Shown here: positions 14,090 through 26,965 of the stretch, piece by piece
Layout: each line of letters begins with the position of its first letter
Position numbering within the stretch: position 1 is the stretch's first letter
NCBI GenBank assembly: GCA_964234715.1
Contig: OZ174275.1
Direction: 5' to 3' (one strand)
DNA from: Podarcis melisellensis
Taxonomy: Eukaryota
DNA length: 64,000 nt
Position numbers and translations under genes: made by a program
Notes under the pieces: generated by a model
Told to the model about the DNA's origin: nothing
Database searches by the model: none
What the model saw: the letters and a program-made list of their open reading frames with translations, nothing else

Positions 14090-14660
14090 CTTCCTAACAA
14101 TGGTAACTTCAAGACTAGATTACTGCCCCATACTTTTTGTGTGGCTTCCCTTACAGCTGGTCCAAAATGTCAGCCTTCCATGTCATCTCTCACACTCCAA
14201 GCCTTGGGAGCAGACTGTAAGGGGGACAGGGAATCAGCAAAAGGGGCTCCCCTTTCTATTCATGAAAGTCTCTGTTCTGATGGATTAAATGATTACTTCT
14301 GAATGGAAGGGGAGCACTGAATACAACTTCAAGCCATTCAAGGGGTGTTGGTTAAGCTTCAAGAATGCTTGAAAGAAACTGATTGATCCATTCCAGGCTG
14401 GGTCTGGGGCCAGTTTGGCACTGAAACCACCTTGGTAAATGACATTTGTTGAGGGAGAGATCATTTCTTAGGAGAGAGATGTGGGGTCTGCAACCTTGCT
14501 CATTCTCCTTGAATGAGTGGTTTCCAGTACCATTGACTTTCTCCTTGAGTGGCTTTCAATACCACTCAATACTTGTGGAATGTGACAGGGAGGCGAGGGT
14601 CAGAGGCATTGTACTTCGGTTGTTCCGTACCTACCTCAATAATAGTTTCCAGAGAGTAGT
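14090..14660 (+). mobile_element. Degenerate L2 RT fragments
   Basis: VTSRLDYC...LQLVQN at 14100-14170; decayed DPFQ..GTET and LFRTYLNNSFQRVV at 14385-14660. Confidence 0.7.
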
Positions 14661-16493
14661 TATAATAATAAACTGAGGTGGAATCTTGAAAAGGGAGAGA
14701 TGTTATGTGTTCCAAGTTCTCAAGTCTGGGAGGTGGGGAGATATCCTGTTCATGATCCAAAGGCAAGGTCAGGCAGAAGTCCATGAGCAATGCTTTATGG
14801 TGAAGGATAGGTAATAAATCAAATTAATAATAATAATAATAATTGTAGATGGGTGCCTGTGAAAAATCAGCATTGGAATTAAAGCCTACTGTGTAAATAC
14901 ATGAACACCGTCGTCAATAAGTTCTTTAATCACCCTATGCAGCCTTTTAGCCCTTGCCTTTAAGTTCTGCCTTGTGACTCTCCATTTCATCCTAGATTAT
15001 GTTTATATAATGCACTTTAGAATCTGAAAGAGAAAACACGCAGTCAAAGAGAACATTTCTGAAGTTGAGAATATTATGCAATTTGTCATTTTTGAGATGA
15101 CTGAGGATAATTCCAGCTAAAAATCGGGGCAAAGAATTTACTCTTCAATCTACAACAACACTGTTAAGCGCTGTTCAGTGTAAACACAAGACTTCTAAAT
15201 TTTTAAACATACTTGGCTGGGCGTGGGAATCAGGGAGAACAAATGAATGTTGACTGGAACAGGGCCTTGAACTCTTCTGTGTTCATCTCTCTTTGGTTAT
15301 ATTGAAAGAATCTCCCATTGGGACAAAAGTGTTGGCAGCAACTAGAGATAGGGGACAATTAATGTCCCCAGAAATGCCTCTCTCCATATTCCAGTCCTGA
15401 TCAAGATTCTGTAAAAGTTGGGCAAAAACATATCCCCAGCCATCCATTGTTGAAATAACAGCTGGAAGCTCCCAGGTTGTTACCTTATATGTCCAATGGG
15501 CCAGAGAATGGGAACGTGTGACTTCCTTGTCCAGGGCTTCTGTTGACAAGCACTCATTAGTTGAATCCTACTCATTGGTCTTCAAAAGGCATTTAAAGAC
15601 CATTACTGTCTCCAGCTCATCAATTACCTGAGAGAAGGCATTTCAGAGAGTGGGTACTATCACTTTTGTATTGCTACCAAGTGACAACATGACAAATATA
15701 TACGGTACTTGTTGTTGATGTTCAGTGTATATATGGTATATATATATTTCTGATTTCAGACACATCTGAGGAAGGCTGAGTATAAAAATAGCACACCTGG
15801 GTAACCTATTTAGTTTGCTGCTCGGTTCATTTCACATACACACCAGGGGGCCTTGAGGCTTCCTTTCAATCTTTTTTATAGCAGTGCATTCAATTATCAG
15901 TGTGTGAAGGATAGGATTCTATTGGGTTGAGAGTGGGGGCAGGGAAGGAGGGGTAAAGAGGAACCCTGAAAAAGAAGGTTGCTGTTAAACTATGGAAGGA
16001 ACCAGGAAAAATGCTTTACTCTAGATGAGAAGAATTGGATCGGTTTTTCAAAGCTTCCCTCTGCAAAAAGCCTTTTTGGTTCCACCAGATGGCATGCACT
16101 CATCAAATCAGGCTGCACTGTGATCATATATACTTGCTCCAAGAAACAGCTGTCAAAAAGGATAAAGCCGTACATACTAAGCTTTAGGACCTAAAATAAT
16201 TTGTCACAAGAGATTCTATTATGCTACACTTGATTTCTGTAATCCTTTTAACATCTCACAGAAAGGTAGCACATCCTCAAAAATGAAGGGCTTTAGGGTG
16301 GGGGTTGTTTTGCTTTCATCGTCTAGTATCCAAATGGCTCTTAATGGGATTGCTCCTTCTAACTAATGAAAGCAGGCTACGCCTAATGACTCTGTAAGGG
16401 AGATGCTGCCTGGTAAGAAATCACAGTGATGATAACAACCCTAATTAGAATTGTTGGGGTTTTTCTTGAGGGGAAGGTATTAAGTATGAAGGC

Positions 16494-16495
<2 letters not shown>

Positions 16496-16569
<74 letters not shown>
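16496..16569. repeat. (GA)n microsatellite
   Basis: About 37 perfect units. Confidence 0.99.
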
Positions 16570-16572
<3 letters not shown>

Positions 16573-16910
16573 ATTTAGGAAATAAGATGTGTTAATGACA
16601 TGGAGCTGTAGGATCAGGCAGGATAAGTGTGCTTAAGTATGGCACTCAGTATTGTACTATTACAATCATTCCATTAGTGCAAGCATTTCTCCTTACTAGA
16701 CGGGATAATCTCCTTTCACCTCCTCTGGTATACTGTTCTGGGGGTTCTCCTGGACACACTCGCATCCCAAGCCAATTTGGGGTGGGGGTGCACAGGGGGG
16801 AAAGAGGAAGAAAGGTACAGTTGCACTAGCGAGGCTCATTGCAGTAGCTCTCACTAGCGCTAGTACAACAGTTTCATTGAATCTGGCCCTAAGGCAGCAG
16901 TCTTGGACCC

Positions 16911-17021
16911 CAGCCTTCACCAACCTGGTTCCTTTCATATGTTTTGGACTAGAACTCCGGGCCAGGGCTGATGGGAGATGTAGTCCAAAAACATTTGGAA
17001 GTAACCAGGTTGGTGAAGGCT
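16911..17021. mobile_element. Palindromic hAT-type MITE
   Basis: Inverted ends cagccttcaccaacctggtt / aaccaggttggtgaaggctg; core shared with the 18787 element. Confidence 0.75.
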
Positions 17022-18786
17022 GCTATGCCCACTTCCCTGGGAGAAAGCACCACTGAACTTAGTGGGACTTAGTTCTGAGTATACATGTGGAGGACTGCAT
17101 TGCTAAGATGCTTCACTCAAAGCCCAAGTTAGGTAATATGGGTCAAGCAACCACATCCCTAGGGATTGCTGCAGTTGCCTCTTGAGCTCACCTTACCTCT
17201 GTGCCTTAATTATAATACTGAACTGAGATAAGTGCACGGTCAGTTCCATTAGGAATCAATTTTCCTTATCCGCAGCTGCCTTGGAATGCAGCCTCACCTG
17301 TGGCCAATTGATCTGTCCTGAGTTCTCTGCTTCTAGCCTAGTTAGGAACCCTTACAACGAAGCAGGAAGATACTGCTGACAGTCTGGTCTACTAGGGCAG
17401 GTAGGACAAAGTTATATTCTGTTACTCTTTGTCCCTCCCTGAAACTGTAATCTGCCTGATTGGTTGGCCTGTTTGGTCTTTTGCACAGTTTCTCTAGGCC
17501 CAGCACAAACTTGAAACATGGGAGTGGGTGGGCCTGAAAGTTCAACACACACATGACTTAGAGTGCTTCTGAATTGTTAGGAGAAATTCAAGCACAAACC
17601 AGAAATTTAGGTTTGCCCAGTTAAAGTGGATTAAAGCAACCAGTCACCCTAGCACACAGTTGTTGTTTTTAAGGTGCACACATGGCAGCTAAGAGCATAA
17701 CAAGGAGATCCACTGAAAAGTGTGGGTGAATGAATGTTTAATGGTAAGGTGTATAAGCACCCCACAAGCAAATCAGGATGAATGGTCATTGTATAACTGC
17801 TGTGTAAACCAATCAGAAGATGCTAAATAAAGACTGGACATAGTCTAACTACCACATAAGATTTGTGCAAGCAAATCAGGACAAATGCTCAATGAACAGG
17901 TTTTCTCGAGGAATCCTCAAATGTGCATGCTAACCCATGGGACAGTGATGGGACTGGGAAGAAATGGATGCCATCATGGTGGGGGTGGAGATGTATTCTG
18001 GAAGTCCCTGACAACATGCTTTGCCCCTCTTCATGCAAATGATGCACAAAGGGGGCCTGTGTTTGTCCTTATGAAACCTGAAGCAGTGATTTCACTGAAA
18101 TGGCACCAATGTGTAAAAATGCAACATTGTATTCCATGTGAAAAGCGCAACTATTGCACAGATGTTCAAGATTGCTATCAAGGATCAGACTAGTAGACTA
18201 TTGTGAGTCAGAGAAACCCAAATTAGAAATTGTATCAGTGCCAATCCATTCAAATTAACCTTGGTAAACAAATATTGCCTAGCTGAAACCAGTGATGCTA
18301 TGAGGGACTTAGGAGTCAAAATCAGGCCACAGGCTTATAACGTTAGTCTAATATACACAACTGGAAGTAATGTATATGAAAGGGATGATGTTCAATAACT
18401 GCTTGACACAGCAAAGGCAATCTAGATTTCCTTGGATTCACAATCATCCTGACTAGCAATTCAGCACCACAACAACCGTGCTGGTAGGCTGGCCATCATT
18501 TTATCTTCTCTGCCATGTCTGGACCACACAGCCTAGCATTTCATACAGGGATAGCCCCAGGGATGAGAAGGCTGTAGGCAAAGTGGCATCTAGATTCTCC
18601 TCTGTTGGTCTGCTCTATCAGGCCTGCTTGGTGGCTGCAGCACTCTGGTCAGTACTGGAAGCAGGATCAAGTGCCTGAGTCTTTCTGCATTTTAACTTCC
18701 CACAATGCTCCAGAGTGATACTGCATCAGGGAGATTGTAGGAAATTAATATGTCAGTGAAATCCAACCACCCAGCACTGCAAAGAG

Positions 18787-18922
18787 CAGGCATAGACAAA
18801 CTCGGCCCTCCAGATGTTTTGGAACTACAACTCCCATCATCCCTTGCTAACAGGACCAGTGGTGAGGGATGATGGGAGTTGTAGTCCCAAAACATCTGGA
18901 GAGCTGAGTTTGCCTATGCCTG
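18787..18922. mobile_element. Palindromic hAT MITE with an 8-bp TSD
   Basis: Arms of about 60 bp are nearly complementary; TSD GCAAAGAG/GGAAAGAG. Confidence 0.88.
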
Positions 18923-20559
18923 GGAAAGAGCATCAAGCAATTTTCTTTTTTTAATGTGGGGCTCAGGGCAAGTGGCAGCAGTAGGTCCTGCTGGAGCACT
19001 GGGGCCATAGCAATTTCCCATTGTTGGGTACCCAGCAAGTATTGATACCCACCCTGAATTCATAGGCCCTGGCTCTCTCCACACTCACCATTTGAACGAG
19101 CACTTGCTATATATCTATGTATTATAAGATCTCTATCCGATCAATCAATCAATCAATCATTAGATAGAAAGTCAATAATATATACCTTGTGTGCAGATCC
19201 AGTAGTTTAACCTATGCATGTTTCATTAGACATATGTGTCATTTGAAACACAGAAGCTCTCACGGAGTAAGCGAATGGGCCAAACAAATAATCTCAGTAT
19301 TTATCTTGGCTTTAGTTGAGCTAGCAGAGGGGGGAGCATTTGGATAGGTTTCTATTCTGCAGCTAAGAATCTCCTGGCAGCATCTATGAGAAGCACAGAC
19401 AACAGCAGCCAAGGAAAGAACAGTGGAAACATGCTTAAATCCCATGTAATAAAATGCAGATGTATGAGAAGAATCTTGAGCAGTCGTTACTTCATAGTTC
19501 ATATTTATTCCAAGTCACTGCTAGGAATGGCTACCCCTCGAAAGGATGCCTTCCTCTTATGTTTTGCTGTCCTTATTAATGGATCTGAACTGTTCACACA
19601 TGGATCTAAGATTCACCAGAATGCTGGAGTGCTACAAGTCAAGGTCATTTGGGCAAATACAGTACTGTATTTGTCTTTTTCTTGGTAGGCGAAGGCAGAA
19701 CTTCAATACTTGAGCCATCTGGTGCTACAGCTCACATACTCAATGACCGGTGTGCAGTGGACCTCACCAAGTTCTGCATTTTTTCAGTGGGGTTTTAATA
19801 TAGATTTTGTTTGAGGTGGTTGTGGAAGAACCTAATCAAGACTTGAACTTGATCAGCATATTCCACATTGGAGCACATTCTCGTTCCAAAATTGTTTAAA
19901 ATAGCTGCATTGTTTTTGATACTGATGATAAAAGGATAGATAAACAATGGTGCTTTTCACGTTGCACAAATAGTTTTAACTCATGTGTCCATGATGGTCA
20001 GTCTTAGGGATGAAAAACCTTCTCTCATTAGTTTATTCATCTTCTCCAAGGCATATGCTCAAAGTCCACTATTTTACCCAAAGTGTATCAGTTTCCTTGT
20101 GAAACGTTACCATTTCACTGGAGGCAATTTACAGCAGACAAGTTTCTTCCAACTACGATATAAACATATCTGGCATAGGAGATGTAGTGAAATGAAGAAG
20201 GAACAGGCTTAGAGTTCATTTGCTTTGCAGATTACAACCCTCGTCTCCAATTTATGTTTTTCCCATCAGTATTAAGATGGGATGATGGCCATTTCTTTTT
20301 TGTTGGCAATAGCAATGAGTAGCAATAGCAATGAGTACACTCATAGAAGTTACGATTTTTATCTTTATTTCCTTCCATGTTGGTTTATATTAAAATCAAT
20401 ATAGTGGAGCACAACCTTGCTTTTGTTTCTTCTCTGTGGCTTCTGTTACCATTGACTATGATATCCTCCTGGCTCCATGGAATGGAAATTGTGGCCCTTG
20501 TGTTACAGTAGTTCTGTTCCTATCTAAGGGACCAAGTCCAGAGAGTAGCACTTGGGGAG

Positions 20560-20915
20560 TACTTTTTGGGCCCCACGCAGTTACTACCCTCAATTCTGTT
20601 TAGTATCTGCATGAAGGTGCTGAGAATTGTCACCAGGAGTTTGAAGCAAGGTGTCGCTCTATTTCATCACAACCTCTGGATCAGGAGAGGCAGGGTGCAA
20701 TGTTGGGATGGATGAGGGGAAATTGGCAGGGCTTGACTCCTGGTAAGATGGGTGGGTGAGGGGGTCCCATGTTCAAGAAGTTGGTCAGTTGTGTGCCCTC
20801 AACACGGTTGCAATTGCCCTGAAGGAGCAGATATGCAGTTTGGTAGTGGTTTTGGATTCTTCTCTGTCACTGGAGGCCCAGGTAGCCTCAGTGGCGAGAA
20901 TTGCCTTTTAGCAGC
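20560..20915 (+). mobile_element. Old L2 ORF2 fragment
   Basis: Decayed LKEQICSLVVVLDSSLSLEAQVASVARIAF versus LKDQVRSLGVILDSQLSMEAQVKSVSRAA in the young L2. Confidence 0.75.
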
Positions 20916-23358
20916 CAGCCACTGACCTGCAATCCGCCGCATGTAACAAAAATGTCCAAAATGTTCATAAACTTGCCTGTTGCAGCTGAACTAGAGCTCA
21001 ATGCTTCACCAGATTCTGAGTAAATATAGACAACCGTTTAGCAACCAATTCGTGTCCCTGAGAAGCAACCATCTAGAAAGGTTATTAAGAAAAAGTCTTC
21101 TTTGAAAGAAAAGGATGCCAGAATTTATTGCCCCTGACAAAGTTATTAAACCAAATATTGTTTTAATTATGAACACTTCAGTGCTGCTATTCTACCCTGA
21201 GTTTCCACCCCCCAAATGTATATTGTGCTTACTTACTTACCTTAGCCCCGTGGGCTGAAATCCCCAGAAAAGCAGCCACAGTGTTTCTGTATCTTTTCTG
21301 CAATTCATTGACCTAATACAGTTTCTTTGGAGACTTGGACATTTGCAGTTGCAACTAATACAAGATTCTGAACGAAAGAATTTTGATACCATGGTTCTAA
21401 AATCAAAGAATCCTCTTTCAAAATGCAGGCTCATTTAAACAAGACAAATGTCCAGGAAAACAATGATGTGTGAATGGTTCAACAGCACATACAAAATGAA
21501 GATGGTGCTGACAGAAATGAATCCACATTTTACAAGGCATATTGTGGGGGGGGGGGGGAGACAGCTTGCTTAGGCTAAATGTTGTCACATATGCATTTGG
21601 AAATTGTGAAGAGTGTACTGTGTGACTTTATTTCCAGGATGATAAACTTCCCAAGCCACGTTGCTGGACACTCATGGAGAAGTGATTCAGTGCCCCTTGA
21701 ATTAGAACAGAGATCTGAATATGGATTTTCTGATTCTCAATAAATTTCTGCAGAAAGGGTCAAGTTGCTAGGCTTTAGGGAGTTAAACATCATAGAAACA
21801 AAGTCACAAGATAGTCTTCACATTTTCCAAATGCAAACTTTTTTTGTGAAAGCATGTTTTTCTTCACTTCCAAGCCATTTCATGGAGGGCAGACAGTCAT
21901 CATCATCCTGCTCAAATCCTGGTGATTCTTATCTCATGAGTTGCACAATGGAAAAGAACAACCTTAACATGAATAGACAAACAAAAACTGATTTGTCTTT
22001 GATGTCCCCTTATGCTTCATCTCCTTCCTTTTATGCAGACGTTTCTTTTATTCAGGGTGTTTTGTTTTCTTATGTATGGTGTGGAGAGAAAAGTTCTCTC
22101 ATTGTTCTAGATCTGGAAGCTGAATGCTGGAAAAGTCAGGAACCACAATCCTTGTCTTTGTGTGAAGCAGTCTCTTTCCCATCCATGTTCATTCTTGGGT
22201 ATTGGTATTTAGGCAACACGTTTTCTGTTGAACCTCAGTTAATGTAAGCAGCTCTGACGCAGCAATGTTCAGATGTGTTGGCCGACAGAGACACAGAGAT
22301 GCAATCTATAATAAGTTGAGCCTGAGCTGTAAACAACTCGTGAAATACTTCAGTTATCACATAAAGTAGAATTGTTGGGCGCGCAAGCCTTATGCTTGAT
22401 TTTGAGGCTCATTAAAAGTTTTTGGTCTCATTAAAGTACATATTTCAATCTCATTAAAAAGTTAACGTTTGGGGCTGGCAGCTGTGATGAGGCAGATGGC
22501 ACCATAAAAAGAAAAAAGAAAAGAGAAGGCTATACCTCAGATTCTGAAGAACGTGGTTAAAGAGCTACTTTGAATCACGCCAAGCTGGCTCCACATCACT
22601 CAAGCAGGAAGTCTTTAGCTTCAATGCAGTGGCTGAATTGAAAGACTTAGGAATTGGGAGAACTCCGGAAGAGAAGCACTGCTCTCACCCAACTATCTAT
22701 GCATTCTTCTGATTCTTTCTGGCTTTTTGAACAGTACTTCCTTTTTCTTTTCTTCAGTGAACATTTTCTCTGGTTGTTTGCTGTGTCCCAAATGCTTTGC
22801 TGTGGAGATCCGATTTGTTCAGTCCCTCCTAATGTTTCCATTTGCTTTTCCAAACTGGTTTCTGTCAGTGTTTATATAGGCATGTTCATTTCCCCCCTCC
22901 AATTTCTCTCATTTTAAGAAATTTTCTCCGATTTCTTGTATTTGATTTTTTTTTAGATCAGTGGCAAGTGGTGTCTGCCACTGTCCTCGGATATCAGTGT
23001 CCTCTAAGTCCCTCCAGCCAGAATGGCCAATGATAAGAGTTGTACTCTAAGAAGATCTTCTGGGCCAGAGGTTCAACACTCCTGTTTAGATTTTAAACAC
23101 ATGGAGAAGACTTTATCTTAGTTTTAAATTTCTGTGCAGAATATAGTTGTGTTAGCCATATAATAAGTAATAATATTTTAGCTCCTGTATTTAATATTTT
23201 AGCTTCCAAGGAAGGAAACCTACAAATAATTTTGTAACACTAAGAAGTCATGGTGAACAACATGATAGTAAACTGGTTGATTTCTCCTTTGTGACAACAT
23301 AAAGTCTTGCATACTCCAACCTTACAGTGTCTTAATTTCCCCTGCTTCTTTTATTTAG

Positions 23359-23498
23359 TGCCAACAACATGCCAAAGCAGGTAGAAGTGCGAATGCATGA
23401 AAGCCACCTGAGTCCAGTGGAGGTTCGGAAGAAGAACATATGTGTGCGGCTCTGCCTTTCGCTCAGAAAAAATCTGCTCCTTTCACTTACTGTATTTG
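23359..23498 (+). CDS. SLC1A2: SLC1A2 exon 2: (G)[46 protein letters not shown](G)
   Basis: Acceptor ttttatttag|T, donor G|gtaagt, 140 nt. Matches the EAAT2 N-terminus; this reading frame is not in the ORF track. Confidence 0.97.
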
Positions 23499-23570
23499 GT
23501 AAGTAAAATTCTCTGGTTCATAAATGTAATTCTTTTTTGCAGCTGGATTGTTTCCTCTTATAATCCTATA

Positions 23571-23784
23571 CAGTGGTACCTTGGGTTACAGATGCTTCAG
23601 GTTACAAACACTTCAGGTTACAGACTCCGCTAACCCGGAAGTAGTATCTCAGGTTAAGAACTTTGCCCCAGGATGAGAACAGAAATTGTGTGGCAGCAGC
23701 GGGAGGCCCCATTAGCTAAAGTGGTACCTCAGGTTAAGAACGGACCTGTGGAATGAATTAAGTTCATAACCAGAGGTACCACTG
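23571..23784 (+). mobile_element. Tigger/pogo-like MITE, copy 2
   Basis: TA|CAGTGGTACC...GGTACCACTG|TA. Confidence 0.88.
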
Positions 23785-23819
23785 TACCTCCCTTTCTGTT
23801 ATCATTACAGTAGTGCAGC

Positions 23820-24174
23820 CAGCAGTGGAGCAAAGCGATCGAGCGTCGGGGGCCGCACATGTATCCTGCTCCCAGGGGCATGGCCAGCTATCTGTGGGGC
23901 GGGGCGAACCGGGGCAGAATGCTCTGCGGGGCCTCTGGAATCTGCCTGCCTTCTCCCACTCAGCCGCCCTATAGGTGAGGGGGAGGCAGTGGGTGGACTG
24001 TTTGAGCAGTATTGGAGCCTGCGCATGCCCAAGCCACAGTGTCTCTCTCAGGGGAAATGTGTGGCTCGGGCATGCTGCAGGCCCCACGGTGAGTGCCACC
24101 CGGCATTTTGCACCCCCCTTAGTGGTGACACCTGGGGCAGACCGCCTCCACCGCACCCCCTTCCTCTGTCCCTG
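23820..24174 (+). mobile_element. GC-rich non-autonomous hAT-like element
   Basis: CAG...CCCTG ends with a degenerate 8-bp TSD (AGTGCAGC/GGCACAGC); subterminal ccccc..tgacacc.ggggca motif shared with the 33108 element. Confidence 0.55.
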
Positions 24175-26710
24175 GGCACAGCTAGTTAATTTTGGACCCT
24201 GGATGGGAGCTTTAGATGGCTATGTGTATAACTTCAGTTGTGAAGCACACCATTAGCATTTTTCTTTTCCTCTTTGCTCCCACACCTCTGGTGTAGCAGA
24301 TGTAGAAGCAGTTACGTTAGAGCCAAAAATAAATGGGGGGAGGGAGCAAAAAAAAAAAGTTGGCAAGCCTGGTAAAAAAGAAAGAAATACTCTGAGTGTG
24401 TGCAGTTTCAGTTTTTTAATTCACATAAATCTTAGCACCATTGCGAGTAATGAAATAAAATGAGGTATATTGTACTTCTGATGCATTTATTTGGGAATAA
24501 ACATCATTTTGTGGTAGAAAATCAGGACTATTCCAGTCATAAGGCAGAATAAGACAATTTTCTCCAGTGGTGGGTTTCCCTGGGATGCTTACTTCCCACA
24601 TTATTACCCGCAACACAAGACAAGGCTCTCCTCCACCACTGTCAATTCCATATTCTCCTTCCTGCCTCACATCACTTTGTGAAAGGACACAGAATAGGTC
24701 CTTCTTCAGAACTGAGGCATTCTGGGTGAGATGGCTAGGAGAATGTTTGCACTGCTGCCACAGTTTGGTAGATTTTCTTAAAAATATATTTAAAAAAACA
24801 TAAATTCAGAGGTTACAAAGCTACCTGATGCAGAAAACTAGGATGGCATTAGCAGGCTTTTGCCCAGAAGGCCAGACTTTGAAGAAGGATCCCCACTGAA
24901 AGTGCTGTTGTGGTAGCAGGACCTGTTGAGTTGCTAGCTCAACAACTTAGTTGAATCCAGACCATGGTTTCTAAGTGCCTCATGGACATGGCTGGAAGGG
25001 ATGTTTGGTGGAGAGAGAATGAACACAATCGAAACTGAGTGTATATGGGGTATGAAAGAAGGATGTCAATCTTTATCTCCATTAATAAGAGATGGAGAGG
25101 AGATGCAGATGATTGGTGGCAGGGTAGCCTGCCACAAGCAAGACGTTTAGTTACCATCCAATGCATTCAAGTTAATTATGGTGGACCTCTGTGGAATACT
25201 TTTTTTTTTAATGGCAATCTCCCCTAAACCCCATTTTATCACTGTGTTAGGTATTATTCTCCCTGCTGTTCAGTTTTAAGCTGTTAAATTAGGGTAGTTT
25301 ATTTGTATTGTTTATGCAAAGACTGATTTATTTATTTATTACAATTACTTATTATTAGTTCCTGAATCACTGTTTTCTAATTATTTCTGTTCAAAAATTG
25401 TTATATTTGTTAATCTGATATCTTGTGAGCTTCATTGGGATCAATTTTGTGGGAAAGTGGCATACAGTAAGACCAATGATGGTGATGATTAAGTGTCCCA
25501 AGGCCATGACAGGATTGGAGATTGGTTGCCTTCTCACTCTCATAGGCCACCAGCTTAACATCACAGCCTAGATGAGCAGCCCTGGAAATACTGGGTGGAA
25601 TTCAGCATTGCACTAAGGAGATCAACACAAGCATTTTTACTTGCCCAATGGAGTGATCTGCCCTCTCCTCCCTCTGCATGTTGATCAAAGCATTCTCCTA
25701 ACCCTCCTAAGCAGATTTGGGGTGGGCACAGGGGGACTCATGGTGCTGGCTTTTGCTAGCCCAACAACTTAGTTGAATTTGGCCCATTGATAGAAATGTA
25801 AATCCCTGTCCTTGTTTCAGAGGAATCCTATAGTGGAACAGGCATGCTAGGCATCAAAATTCAAATACTTTTTCTGTTCTCTAGGAAATTCAATTTAGTT
25901 CATTTCACCAGGGCTGAAGATGGAGGCGAGGGAGAGATCTCTCTTCTGTCAGGAGAAAGGAGGAAGAAAAGAAATTTATCCCTGGTCTTTCCTCCCCTTA
26001 CAAGCTGCTGATACTTTTTAGCTCGCTCTTTTGCTGTGCACTAGGGACTAGGCCAGTGATACAGTGATCTAGTTTTCTCAGTTGCCTTCTGGGTATCGCA
26101 GCTTCCAAATATGGAGCAGTTTGACATTTTAGTGTGGTTCACTGGCTTCATGCCCAGGCTTACTAGATTGTTTTTTCTTTTTTCTTTTAATGTTACAGTA
26201 CAGTGAGCCTAACAGCCAAACGCATGGCCTTCACAGAGCCTGCCTTTATTCACTTCAGCTTGAATGGACAGCTGTGCTGTTAGAAGAGAAGGCTGTGTAG
26301 ATAGCCTGAACTAAATATATTCCTGTCCTGAAAGATTTTGAAATGGTGTATTTATTTTGACATCAAGCTTTTGGCTCAGATTGATAGTTGTGAGATATCT
26401 GTGAGCCTTTCCCAGCAGGATCCCACAACAATTATTTTTGGTTAGATTAAAGCTGCACCCTGGGAAATCTACACACCACTCTAATGATGGATAGCCCTGT
26501 TGTGGAGGCTACTGCATTTTGAGCCTGTGAAGGAGGGGTATAGAAATCACAGGCACAAAATTCAGTTTTTCAGAAATTGACTGAGGGTGCATGAGTTTGC
26601 TACCTTATTGAAGCTAAGGGTGCTGCCTGATGGAGTTGTGACTGTATATGTGAGATCAGTGCTCCTCATGCATGCATGAGTTACTGATACCACAATAAAA
26701 AAATAAAAAA

Positions 26711-26886
26711 TTGTCCAGTAGCACCTTAGAGACCAAGTAAGTTTGTTCTGGGTATAAGCTTTTGTGTGGGTGCATACACATGAAAGCTCCATACCCAGAA
26801 CAAACTTAGTTGGTCTCTAAGGTGCTACTGGACAAAAAAAAAAAATCTGACTGCATCAGACCAACATGGCTGCCTACCTGAATCTG
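26711..26886. mobile_element. Penelope-like element remnant (inverted pseudo-LTR palindrome)
   Basis: ttgtccagtagcaccttagagaccaa...gttggtctctaaggtgctactggacaa palindrome at 26711-26835 plus a one-sided tail to 26886; the pattern is recognised as reptile PLE termini. Confidence 0.7.
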
Positions 26887-26965
26887 ATATCACAATGACA
26901 GCCCATGTTTTTCCTCATTTCATTCAGATTTAACCGTCTTCTCTATACAAAATCCAATAATATTC

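Noticed and set aside
17741-17754. ATG GTA AG|gtgtat could encode an MVS alternative N-terminus like the rodent variant
   Set aside because: Poor donor (gtgtat), weak Kozak context and no promoter features; such a short match is expected by chance in 23 kb.
21765-22247. 160-aa + strand ORF in intron 1
   Set aside because: Non-ATG start, no recognisable domain, intron-like composition.
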